Shown here in pieces: positions 9,303 through 18,348 of a stretch of 57,205 bases of DNA (the first letter of the stretch is position 1; every line of letters starts with the position of its first letter). Both the position numbers and the translations under genes were made by a program. Location: positions 1-57,205 of the forward strand of contig JAJRTR010000165.1 of NCBI GenBank assembly GCA_024278215.1, given 5' to 3'. Under the pieces are notes generated by a model. It did no database searches and had not been told where the DNA came from. It saw only the letters and a program-made list of their open reading frames with translations. Source of the stretch: a bacterium. GTDB taxonomy: Bacteria > UBP15 > UBA6099 > JAJRTR01.

Positions 9303-9579
9303 CTTTCAGCAAAGCTTTCAACACGACACTACCGGTTTTTCGCATAACGATAGTTTTCAACCCGTTACAAGCCCGTAGTGCGACCTCGCAGAATACAGGC
9401 CCGGCTTCATCAGATGATGTCGGCTTTCTCTTGTTTTACAATACTCTCACCCGTATCAAACACGTTTGTAACCTATGAAAACCGGCCCCTGGCAAATTGT
9501 CCGTATGGCGTTGGGCACGACATATGGAAGTAGTAACGTAACACTATAGACATCTGAAGAGAAGTCGTGGAATTCCGGA

Positions 9580-9784
9580 GGGTGTGCGACATAAAAGTGG
9601 GGTAAAAACAACCATAAGCGTTAACTTAAGCGCGAAATGGGGTATTATGGCGAACTATAGCGCACATTTTTTGCACAGTATCGCATAAGAATGCGACAAA
9701 ATCCCCGTTAAGTTAACGCCTATGGTAAAAACAACCATATTTTTAATGTGCGAAAAAACCGTGTTGCCAGTCCACGTTTTTCGC
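9580..9784 (+). repeat. Repeat family B, copy 1 (interrupted by the IS231-like mini-element)
   Basis: GGGTGTGCGACATAAAAGTGGG.TAAAAACAACCA.ATTTTTAATGTG.GAAAAA matches the reverse complement of 20092-20173. Confidence 0.8.
9613..9724. mobile_element. 112-bp non-autonomous IS4-family (IS231-like) element
   Basis: 17-bp TIR CATAa/gGCGTTAACTTAA (1 mismatch) and 11-bp direct repeat GTAAAAACAAC at 9602-9612 and 9725-9735. Confidence 0.85.
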
Positions 9785-9843
9785 TGACTGTTTTCCATTT
9801 AGACTCAAAACGGACTTTTTGCGCCGGAATCAAAGTGTTGTAT

Positions 9844-11055
9844 CTATTCTTCTTCGTTTTCAGCAGACTGATTAGCAGCTACAACTTCAGGGTTTTCTCC
9901 GGACCGGCATTTTTCTTCCCCGGGTTTTGAGTCTTCAGAAGGTGTTGCAGCCGCCTCGGGTGTTGTCTCTTCGGCCTTTACAGTATCTACTACTTCGGGC
10001 GTCGTCGCAGTTGCCTCCTCGGCAGCCGACTCGACTTCTGGGCGGGTTTTCTCTTCTGGGGCCGTCTCAGATGCTTCCCTGACCGGTGGCGATGTCGATT
10101 CTTCGGATGCCGGTTCTTTTTCATCGTGTCTGTTCCGTCCGGCCTGTTTCTTTTTATCCTGTTTTCTTGATTTGTCCTGCTTGCGACGGCAATTGTTGTT
10201 GCAGTTGTCTTCGTTTTTTCTGCATGAGCATTCGACTTCTTTGATGCGTTCCAGCAATTTATCTTCAGGTATTTCTATGTCGAGTTCCGACCAGCCGCCG
10301 CCTTCGGTTTTGACTGTTACGGTCTGCTTCAATACATTGACGGAGGTAATGCGGCCTTTGACTTCGCCGCGTTCTATCTGCTTGCCCACAACGGGCATCA
10401 ACCCTTTTACCGCGATGTAATATTCGTATTCATATTTGAGACAGCAGAAAAGACGACCGCATATTCCTGAAATCTTGAGCGGATTCAGGGGCAGGCCCTG
10501 TTCTTTGGCCATTTTTATCGAAACCGATTTGAAATCGCGCAGGAAGGAAGCGCAGCAGAGTTGCCTGCCGCAGGGGCCGTATCCACCGAAGAGCCGGGCT
10601 TCGTCGCGCACTCCCACCTGTCGCAGTTCGATACGTGTGCGAAGGCGCGAGGCGAGCGATTTGACCAGTTCTCTGAAATCCACCCTGTTCTCGGCGGTGT
10701 AGCAGAAAGAAACTCGCGAACCGTCGAATGAAAACCGTGCGCTCACCAGTTTCATGCTCAGGCCGGATTTTTCGATTTCCGCGTTGCATATTTCGTAGGC
10801 GTTCTCTTCCCTGGGGATCATTGCTTCTTGTTTTGTCAGGTCATGTTCCGTGGCGAGGCGCAACATTTTCTTGAGCGGCAGTTTGTCTTCCGGCACTTCT
10901 CTTTCCACGATATCGTTCACCAGCAGCCCCATGTCCAGCCCGTAATCGGTTTCGACGATTACGATGTCGCCGGGCTTGAAATCGAATGATTGCGCGTGGT
11001 AGGAAAATGCTTTATTCATATAGTCCAGTTGGACTTCTCCGGTTCTACATTTCAT
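9844..11055 (-). CDS. yaaT: PSP1-domain protein YaaT/RicT with a long charged low-complexity tail
   Basis: YTAENRVDFRELVK, RIELRQVGVRDEAR, GPCGRQLCC, LNPLKISGICGRLFCCLKYE. Confidence 0.92.
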   Translation of the reverse strand: MKCRTGEVQLDYMNKAFSYHAQSFDFKPGDIVIVETDYGLDMGLLVNDIVEREVPEDKLPLKKMLRLATEHDLTKQEAMIPREENAYEICNAEIEKSGLSMKLVSARFSFDGSRVSFCYTAENRVDFRELVKSLASRLRTRIELRQVGVRDEARLFGGYGPCGRQLCCASFLRDFKSVSIKMAKEQGLPLNPLKISGICGRLFCCLKYEYEYYIAVKGLMPVVGKQIERGEVKGRITSVNVLKQTVTVKTEGGGWSELDIEIPEDKLLERIKEVECSCRKNEDNCNNNCRRKQDKSRKQDKKKQAGRNRHDEKEPASEESTSPPVREASETAPEEKTRPEVESAAEEATATTPEVVDTVKAEETTPEAAATPSEDSKPGEEKCRSGENPEVVAANQSAENEEE

Positions 11056-11166
11056 TATCTGACTCCATTCCAGTCGTTGCGGCATGTTCCGGGTCTGAGC
11101 CCCGGTTCGATGATAAAAAAAGTGTACTGACAAAATCCAAAAGAGACGGGCAGCGCAGTAATTCTG

Positions 11167-12180
11167 TCATAGGCCCGCGGTTCTTCTGTATTCTATTGCG
11201 AGTGTTTCGAGCGAAAGAATAGTGTGCCCGCCACCCTTTACGGCTTTTATGGTACTGAGAACCGATTCTATCAAAGCGCTGTTCTTTTTCAGTTCTTTGT
11301 TTGTTTCTGCTCCGGATGTGTTGTTCGCGTTCAAGGCAGCATCGTTGAAGCGCCTGTCGAGGAAGATGAGCATTGCCTCGAGGAGAAAGATTACAGATTT
11401 GCGTTCGGCGATAGAGGGTGTGTCGTCTTCGGAGGCGAGTTTGATGCGTGATGCCAGGGCGACAAGTTCGGCCGCGACGAGGCCAGGCGCAACGATTTTT
11501 TTGTTTTCCAGCCTGTGGAGCACTATTTTCTCGAGGTCGTCGAATGCGGTTCTCATGACTTCGTCTTCTGCAAGCTTGAACATCAGACCGAGATTGCCTT
11601 TCGCAAGCGGGTGAAGGAATCGCACCATTTGCGCGTCGAGCCTGCCCGCGGCTACTTGCATTGCCTCTTCGAGCGACAGGGGTTTGAAAGGCACCGGCAG
11701 TGCGCGCGACCTGATTGTGGGCAGTATCCGGTCGATATTCTGTGTTGTGAAAATGAAAGTGGTGAAGGCCGGCGGTTCCTCGAATATCTTGAGCATGAGG
11801 TTTGCCGCTTCAGGGTAAATATTACTTGAATCGCACAGTATCAGGAACTTGTGTTTTGCCGCGTTGGGTGTGATGAAGGCTTCATCCCTTATCTCTTTGG
11901 CCTTGTCTTTATTGTAGCCGAGGCGGGAAGGTTCGTAGATGATGACATCGAGGTCGATGCCTTTGGCTATGCGGCGGCAGGCGCGGCACTGGCCGCAGGC
12001 GTCTTCTTCGGGACGGGTGTCGGTGCAGTTTGCCGCCTGGGCGAAAGCGACAGCGGTAGTGCGTTTGCCGCAGCCGGCGGGTCCGTAGAAGAGCAGTGCG
12101 TGCGGGATTCGCCCATCACGCAGGAAACTCGTAATCGACCTGACGGCGATATCCTGTCCTGTAATTTCAGAAAGCGGCAT
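11167..12180 (-). CDS. holB: DNA polymerase III delta' subunit
   Basis: PHALLFYGPAGCGKRT, DACGQCRAC, ANLMLKIFEEPP, ILPTIRSR; lies between yaaR and yaaT. Confidence 0.92.
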   Translation of the reverse strand: MPLSEITGQDIAVRSITSFLRDGRIPHALLFYGPAGCGKRTTAVAFAQAANCTDTRPEEDACGQCRACRRIAKGIDLDVIIYEPSRLGYNKDKAKEIRDEAFITPNAAKHKFLILCDSSNIYPEAANLMLKIFEEPPAFTTFIFTTQNIDRILPTIRSRALPVPFKPLSLEEAMQVAAGRLDAQMVRFLHPLAKGNLGLMFKLAEDEVMRTAFDDLEKIVLHRLENKKIVAPGLVAAELVALASRIKLASEDDTPSIAERKSVIFLLEAMLIFLDRRFNDAALNANNTSGAETNKELKKNSALIESVLSTIKAVKGGGHTILSLETLAIEYRRTAGL

Positions 12181-12279
12181 ATTTTAAATTCAGATCTGCG
12201 GTCCTGTATCAATGCGGAAATTCATTCAGTTCGCGGGTTTGTGGTATCCAGGGTGTTACGCAGCCGGCCCGGATTGCGC

Positions 12280-12756
12280 TCAAGTATAAAGATCGAGCAG
12301 CATCCCCCGGATCCTGTCGAGCCTCTCGAGAAATCCCAGCAGGTTTTCCTGCTTGTCGAGAAAATCCCGTGTAAGCGCGTCAAGTTCGTCGTTGACTTTC
12401 TTCACAAGTATTCCCGGCTGTTTCTTTCCGGTTCTGGAAACCGACGATCTATCTTCAACGACATAAAGTTCGTTCAAAACAATATTCATGAATTTCTGCA
12501 CGAGCCCCCTGTATCCGCGCAGGGTTTCAAAAGTAAGGCTCTTTTCTATCTCATGCGCCTGTGTGTCTATCTTCAGCAGGATACTGTCAAGTTCCTGCCT
12601 GATCTGCGACACACGTGTGTCGGACAGCCTGTCTTTGAAGGTTGCCTGTGGTCGCAATGCCGCCGAAGCACGCCTTGCGGACGAAGCGCGCCTGGTTCTT
12701 GTGGCGCGTGTTTTATCTTTTGTGCTTCTGTCTTTTAGAGTTCTTTCGACTTTCAT
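12280..12756 (-). CDS. yaaR: YaaR / DUF327 family protein
   Basis: YRGLVQKFM and C-terminal LDRIRGMLLDLYT; upstream of holB. Confidence 0.85.
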   Translation of the reverse strand: MKVERTLKDRSTKDKTRATRTRRASSARRASAALRPQATFKDRLSDTRVSQIRQELDSILLKIDTQAHEIEKSLTFETLRGYRGLVQKFMNIVLNELYVVEDRSSVSRTGKKQPGILVKKVNDELDALTRDFLDKQENLLGFLERLDRIRGMLLDLYT

Positions 12757-12864
12757 AGTGCAATCAGGCCACCTGTGGTCATAGTGTTTGATGTGGCGGC
12801 ACGAAACTTTCCGCACCCGTCGTTCATCACACCGGTAATATGTTTATTGTAACAGTCCCGGGCG

Positions 12865-13455
12865 TCAGGCTTCAACAAAATTGTCGATAAAGAATTTATG
12901 CACCCTGCTGTCATCCGTCAACTCGGGATGGAAAGACCCCGCAAGGCAGTTTCCCTGCGACATGAGAATCGGCAGGCTGTTGTGGCGGGCGTACACTTCC
13001 ACGCCCGCGCCGAGTTCCACAACCTGCGGCGCGCGTATAAAAACAGCATTGAAAGGTTTGCCGTTTGCGCCGTTGCCGAGCTTCATTTTTACATCGGCCT
13101 CGAAGCTGTCCACCTGGCGGCCATAAGCATTGCGGGCCACTTTCATGTCGATAAAACCGAAACAGAAAAGTTCGGGGTATTCCTCGATTTCCCTCGCCGT
13201 CAGTATCATGCCCATGCAGGTGCCGTAGACAGGCAGCGTGCCGTTTCTGAACCTGCGCGAGACGGCTTTGTCCAGGCCGCTGAAACGAAGGAGCCTGTCC
13301 ATGGTCGTCGTTTCGCCGCCCGGTATGATCAGGCCGCCTACCGTTCGCAGGTCGGCAGGTGTTCTCACTTCGCAGGCCGGAGCGCCCATCGTTTCGAGCA
13401 TCTTTATGTGGAGTTCGAAATCTCCCTGTAATGCCAGTACGCCTATCTTCTTCAA
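12865..13455 (-). CDS. pdxT: PLP synthase glutaminase subunit PdxT
   Basis: GVLALQGDF, IPGGETT, GTCMGMI, RNAYGRQVDSFE, FHPELT. Confidence 0.96.
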   Translation of the reverse strand: MKKIGVLALQGDFELHIKMLETMGAPACEVRTPADLRTVGGLIIPGGETTTMDRLLRFSGLDKAVSRRFRNGTLPVYGTCMGMILTAREIEEYPELFCFGFIDMKVARNAYGRQVDSFEADVKMKLGNGANGKPFNAVFIRAPQVVELGAGVEVYARHNSLPILMSQGNCLAGSFHPELTDDSRVHKFFIDNFVEA

Positions 13456-13474
13456 ACCTGTTCGGCTCCCCCGA

Positions 13475-14398
13475 TCACCAGCCGCGTCCCTGGAGCTTAT
13501 CTTTCTCGTCCATTTTGGAGGTATCGAGGCCTTTCATCGCTTTTTTCAGACCTCTCGACACTTTTGCAAGGAGTTTCGGATTCTTGTAATTCGTCACGGC
13601 CATGACAATCGCTTTCCCGCGGGCCGGCGGATCGTCCGATTTGAAGATGCCCGAGCCCACGAACACCGATTCCGCGCCAAGCTGCATCATCAGGGATGCG
13701 TCCGCCGGAGTGGCGATACCGCCCGCGGCGAAATTCGGCACCGGCAGTTTCCCGTTCTCCGCCACCCACCTGACCAGATCGTAGGGAGCGCCGAGGTTCT
13801 TTGCTTCCGTCATCAGTTCTTCCTCGGGTAGTCTTGTGAGCCTTGTTATCGCGCCCTGCACGGTCCGCATGTGCCGCACTGCTTCGACGATGTCGCCGGA
13901 ACCGGCTTCGCCCTTTGTGCGGATCAGCGCCGCGCCTTCACCTATTCGCCTGAGCGCTTCGCCCAGGTCGCGCGCCCCACACACGAAAGGCACTGTAAAC
14001 TGCCATTTATCAATATGAAAATGTTCGTCCGCCGGGGTCAGTACTTCGCTTTCATCTATATAATCGACCTTCATCGCTTCCAGAAGTTGCGCTTCGGCAA
14101 AGTGGCCGATTCTCGCTTTGGCCATCACCGGGATGCTGACCGTTTTCTGGATCGCCTCTATGATTTCCGGGTCGGCCATCCGCGCCACGCCGCCCTCTTT
14201 TCTTATGTCGGACGGCACTCGCTCGAGCGCCATCACCGCTACCGCGCCCGCATCCTCCGCTATTCGCGCCTGCTCGGGTGTCGTGACGTCCATTATGACG
14301 CCACCCTTGAGCATTTCCGCCAGTCCGCTCTTCACTCTAAGTGTTCCGGTCTGACTCTTGTCAACTGTCTTTTTTACCGATTTTTTCTTTTTCGCCAT
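13475..14398 (-). CDS. pdxS: PLP synthase lyase subunit PdxS
   Basis: [50 protein letters not shown]. Confidence 0.97.
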   Translation of the reverse strand: MAKKKKSVKKTVDKSQTGTLRVKSGLAEMLKGGVIMDVTTPEQARIAEDAGAVAVMALERVPSDIRKEGGVARMADPEIIEAIQKTVSIPVMAKARIGHFAEAQLLEAMKVDYIDESEVLTPADEHFHIDKWQFTVPFVCGARDLGEALRRIGEGAALIRTKGEAGSGDIVEAVRHMRTVQGAITRLTRLPEEELMTEAKNLGAPYDLVRWVAENGKLPVPNFAAGGIATPADASLMMQLGAESVFVGSGIFKSDDPPARGKAIVMAVTNYKNPKLLAKVSRGLKKAMKGLDTSKMDEKDKLQGRGW

Positions 14399-14719
14399 TT
14401 CCATCTGCTCCATTCTATCGTTCCCGGTACACCTCTGCCGGGATCCCCGAAATTCTGTTTCGGCCACGGGCGGACAACGTGTCCGGCAGGCTGCCACCAG
14501 CATTATAGCACAAGGAAAAATCACCTTCAATTACGATGCGGTGCGTCAAACAAGTGCGTTCCGGGAATTATTGCATAAGGCCCGCGCGAATTAAAGACAG
14601 TGCGAGCTTCATCAGGCGGAAAGGTGTAATAAATAGTGCGCCGGCGCACATTTTGTATTAGAATATAGCGGGCGGCGCAGGTGTGTCGCTGAATAGCAAA
14701 TATACCGGAGGATGAATTG

Positions 14720-15406
14720 ATGAAGAAGGTTTTGCTTGCAGGAGTAGCGCTGTTTTACATGATCTGTACGCTTGCAGTCGCGGCGGAGGATAAACCGGGA
14801 GATGCCGCGCCCGATGCGGCGAAGATCCTCGCCGGGCTGCAAACCGGCCTCAAAGATGTGGATTCATATAAAGTTCTTTTCACTTACAATAAGGCTGCCA
14901 CCGGGAAAGACGACAAAGAGTTCAGGGTTTGTGAATTCTGGTTCATGAAAGGCGATTTCAGGAGACTCGAAGTCGTCGACGGCGACGAGAAGGGCTCGAA
15001 GGTCGCCTACAACCCGGAAAAGAGCACAAAAAAAGTCGCGGCGAAAGCTTCGTACATGCCGTTCCCCATCACACTGAAAAAAGACGACAGGCGACTGGCC
15101 GGTTTTTTCAAGAGCGACTGGCAGGCGGACATCGACGAAATATTGGAATTTTCTGAAGGTGCCGATCTTTCATACGGTGGAACCGAAGAGATAGAAGGCC
15201 GCAAAGCATACAAAATCGTGATATTACCGAAGGCGGCGGCGTTGCCGGAGGATAGGAAACTCGACAAAATAATTCTCTGGATCGGCGAAAAAGAAAATCT
15301 GCTGCTGAAGTATGAATATTACGAAGGCGACAAGCTTGTCGAAGATAAAACCTGGAGCGAAATAAGGCTGAACGCAAAGCTTACGGCCAGGGATTTTAAA
15401 CCGTAA
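14720..15406 (+). CDS. Exported LolA-like (lipoprotein-sorting fold) protein
   Basis: Signal peptide; GTEEIEGRKAYKIVILP...LWI..ENLLLKYEYY...IRLNAKL...DF pattern. Confidence 0.65.
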   Translation: MKKVLLAGVALFYMICTLAVAAEDKPGDAAPDAAKILAGLQTGLKDVDSYKVLFTYNKAATGKDDKEFRVCEFWFMKGDFRRLEVVDGDEKGSKVAYNPEKSTKKVAAKASYMPFPITLKKDDRRLAGFFKSDWQADIDEILEFSEGADLSYGGTEEIEGRKAYKIVILPKAAALPEDRKLDKIILWIGEKENLLLKYEYYEGDKLVEDKTWSEIRLNAKLTARDFKP

Positions 15407-15414
15407 AATTTGTC

Positions 15415-17403
15415 TTGGCCAGGATAATAAAAGGTACATTGAAAAATAAACAGATAAACAACCTTCCCGCTGCTCCCGCGGATAATTTCATCGGTCGTGA
15501 GATATGGATTCAGCGTATGCGCAAAGCGCTCTATCCGGGCAGGCCGGTTACTCTGCCGCAGATCATCAACGCGCCCGACGGCGCCGGAAAAACCGCTCTC
15601 GCTTACGAATATGCCGCCCGTTACGGCGGAGAATATGAAATTGTCTGGTGGATCGACGCGCACGAACCCGCCCTGATAAAACCTTCATTTCTCAAACTCG
15701 CTTCGGAACTTGAGTTCTTTGTCGACAATCACACTAATCTCAAAGATGTCATGATTGCGATAGATTCATATTTTAAAAAGAACACCAACTGGCTGCTGAT
15801 TTTCGATGGCGTCACAAACAGCGAATCGCTCAGGCAATTAATCCCGCTGAAAACAAGAGGCCACATAATCGGTACGACAGCCATAAGAGAATGGCCGAAT
15901 ATCGCTGAAATGAACGACATCGATGTTCCGGAGCGCGTAGATGCGCGGGCAATATTGAAAGGAATGCTGCCGGGAGTTGCCGAAACCCTTTTGCATGATC
16001 TTTGCGACAGGCTTGTGTACCTGCCCCTTGCGATGAAACTCGCTGCCGGCTTCATCAACGAAAAAAATATTCCGCCCGAACAATATCTTGAAGCCTACAA
16101 CCGCAACCTGTTCAGGGCAATGAACCGTGACAGCCTGCTCTCGCACCGCACGCACCCCGCGCTCGCGGCCGCCTGCGAAACGACCTGCGCCGAGATCATG
16201 CGGAACAACAGTTCAGCGCAGTCCATTATCAACTTCTGCTCTTTTCTCGCGCCTCAGGATATTCCGCTCGACCTTCTATCGAGTCTACGCGACCGCGTCC
16301 CGCCGACTATGAAAAAGCTGTTTCCCGATGATCTCGATGCTGAAGCGGCGGCCCGGGAACTCGACCGCTGGGGACTCGCCGCCTTTGACGGCGCTTCCAT
16401 CCGGTTTCACTCCGGCATACAGAATGCGGTTATAGAGTCGCTTGCAGACGGCGACAGGGCGGCATGGGCGGCGGCTTCAGCAGCGGCCTTGTACAAAGCG
16501 ATTTCGGACGACGGCACCGAAAAAGACCCGCTCACCGGATTCGACCCGCTTACGGCGCACGCGCTGTCCGCTGCCCGACATGCCGCCGCGTTCGATGCGC
16601 CGGGCTCCGCCGCTGTGGATATCCTCAACAATACAGGCGAATATCTGTATATTCGCGGCGACCTTGCTGAAGCGCTGTCGGTTTTTCAAACCGCGCTCGA
16701 TCTCGACGAACGGACTCTCGGCGGCGACCACCCCAATATCGCTGTTCACCTTAATAACATCGGCTCGGTGCTCAGCGCGCGCGGCGAATTCGACGAAGCG
16801 CGCGACGTCCTCGAGCGGGCTCTCGAAATCGATATGGGCGTTTTCGGCGACAACCACACAACTGTGGCTACCGACCTCAATACCCTCGGCGGCATCCTTT
16901 TCGACATGGGCTACTATGAAGCGGCGCGCCGCAACTTCCGCCAGGCCATGAATATCGACAGAGCGAACTACGGCGCGCGGCATCCTGTCACCGCGTCGCG
17001 CATGAAAAATCTCGGCGCTGTTCTCCACGAACTCGGCGATAATATTGCCGCCAGGACATACCTTGAGGATGCTCTCGAAATCGAGACCGGAGAATTCGGG
17101 CCGGACAGCCCGCGGATTATCGTCTGCCTCAACTATCTCGCAAGCGTATACCAGGCCCTCGACATGTTCGAGAAAGCCCGCGACATTTATATACGTGTGC
17201 TGGCAATCGACGAGGCGTCTCTCGCGCCGAATCATCCCGATATCGGCATCGGTCTCAACAACCTCGGCGCCGTGCTCCGCGCGATGGGCGACAAAAACGG
17301 CGCGCGCGAACAGTTCGACCGCGCACTCGACATCTGCCTCGCGCAGCTTGGCCGCGACCACCCCAACACCTTGTTGATAAAAGAAAATATCGACTCTCTC
17401 TGA
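15415..17403 (+). CDS. NB-ARC/STAND-type NTPase with C-terminal TPR array
   Basis: NFIGRE, Walker A GAGKTALA, Walker B WLLIFDGV, YLPLA motif, about six 42-aa HP....LNN.G repeats. Confidence 0.85.
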   Translation: MARIIKGTLKNKQINNLPAAPADNFIGREIWIQRMRKALYPGRPVTLPQIINAPDGAGKTALAYEYAARYGGEYEIVWWIDAHEPALIKPSFLKLASELEFFVDNHTNLKDVMIAIDSYFKKNTNWLLIFDGVTNSESLRQLIPLKTRGHIIGTTAIREWPNIAEMNDIDVPERVDARAILKGMLPGVAETLLHDLCDRLVYLPLAMKLAAGFINEKNIPPEQYLEAYNRNLFRAMNRDSLLSHRTHPALAAACETTCAEIMRNNSSAQSIINFCSFLAPQDIPLDLLSSLRDRVPPTMKKLFPDDLDAEAAARELDRWGLAAFDGASIRFHSGIQNAVIESLADGDRAAWAAASAAALYKAISDDGTEKDPLTGFDPLTAHALSAARHAAAFDAPGSAAVDILNNTGEYLYIRGDLAEALSVFQTALDLDERTLGGDHPNIAVHLNNIGSVLSARGEFDEARDVLERALEIDMGVFGDNHTTVATDLNTLGGILFDMGYYEAARRNFRQAMNIDRANYGARHPVTASRMKNLGAVLHELGDNIAARTYLEDALEIETGEFGPDSPRIIVCLNYLASVYQALDMFEKARDIYIRVLAIDEASLAPNHPDIGIGLNNLGAVLRAMGDKNGAREQFDRALDICLAQLGRDHPNTLLIKENIDSL

Positions 17404-17510
17404 AATTATGATCTCCCGGTTTTGGTTTTGACCAGCACCGGTTGCAATACTCACCATAAAACAATAATATATTGTCTGAACTTCAAATAAATGTTCTATT
17501 GGAGGCTCAA

Positions 17511-17996
17511 ATGAAGAAACTTACAACTATTGCACTTTTTTTAGTTTTTGCGATTTTCGTCGCCGGCTGCTCACAGAATGCCGATGATATGGATGAAAAC
17601 AGGATTACAACAAAGGTTATCGAATCGAACTCGCCCGAAGAGCTTATTGCGAATATGTGCAAAGCTTTTGTCGCAAAGGATGTGAACGGCGTGATCGCTC
17701 TCACACATCCCGAAACCCGAAGAGGCGTGCGCGGCGGGAGAATGATAAATTCGACGGTGGAAGACCTTAAAGCCAGGTTCGAGGCTTATGATATTCAGGA
17801 GTGCAAGGCCGGCGCGATAGAGACAGTCCCGGTCAAACCGGAACTGAAGAAAGAGTTCAAGGAAAAACACAACATCAATGTCTCACTGATTGCCAAAGCA
17901 AACTATGTATTGAAAACAGGCAGCAACCCCGATGCTTTCGTCGATGATTCCGTCGACATAGTCAAAGTCGGCGGCAAGTGGTATATTTTCCCGTAA
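17511..17996 (+). CDS. Lipoprotein (NTF2/DUF4878-like)
   Basis: GGAGG RBS, lipobox VAGC, SPEELI...KVGGKWYI. Confidence 0.7.
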   Translation: MKKLTTIALFLVFAIFVAGCSQNADDMDENRITTKVIESNSPEELIANMCKAFVAKDVNGVIALTHPETRRGVRGGRMINSTVEDLKARFEAYDIQECKAGAIETVPVKPELKKEFKEKHNINVSLIAKANYVLKTGSNPDAFVDDSVDIVKVGGKWYIFP

Positions 17997-18089
17997 AAAA
18001 CACATTTTAGTCCGACAGTTGACGTTAGCGACATGAGGTTGTCGCGAAAAGAACAGAGCATAACTGTTTGCTGGAAGGTGTGTTTCTTC

Positions 18090-18178
18090 ATTTGGAGTGC
18101 GGTGATCCGTCACCGCTTTGTTTTGCCGGGAATAGATTTCCGGCCCTGAAAGCGACAATGAATTGTCGCACTCCAAAT
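18090..18178. repeat. Inverted GGAG-type REP doublet (REPIN-like)
   Basis: TTTGGAGTGCGGTGA-tccg-TCACCGCTTT ... AAAGCGACAA-tgaa-TTGTCGCACTCCAAA. Confidence 0.75.
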
Positions 18179-18348
18179 TCAACATTTCCCCATCATAATC
18201 AAGAGTTTTGTGAATGAGGGCGCAGTTCATATCGCAATCGATCAAGGCGCAAATCCGCAACGTTCAAATCGAATAGTTTTTGACGTGTCCTTTTAACCCT
18301 TAGCCGTAAATATCGTCAGAACTATCAAATCAGGTAAAGAGGTGTAAT

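Noticed and set aside
9303-9843. Integrative island at tRNA-Arg
   Set aside because: No integrase, no duplicated tRNA 3' end was noticed, and core genes resume after about 540 bp.
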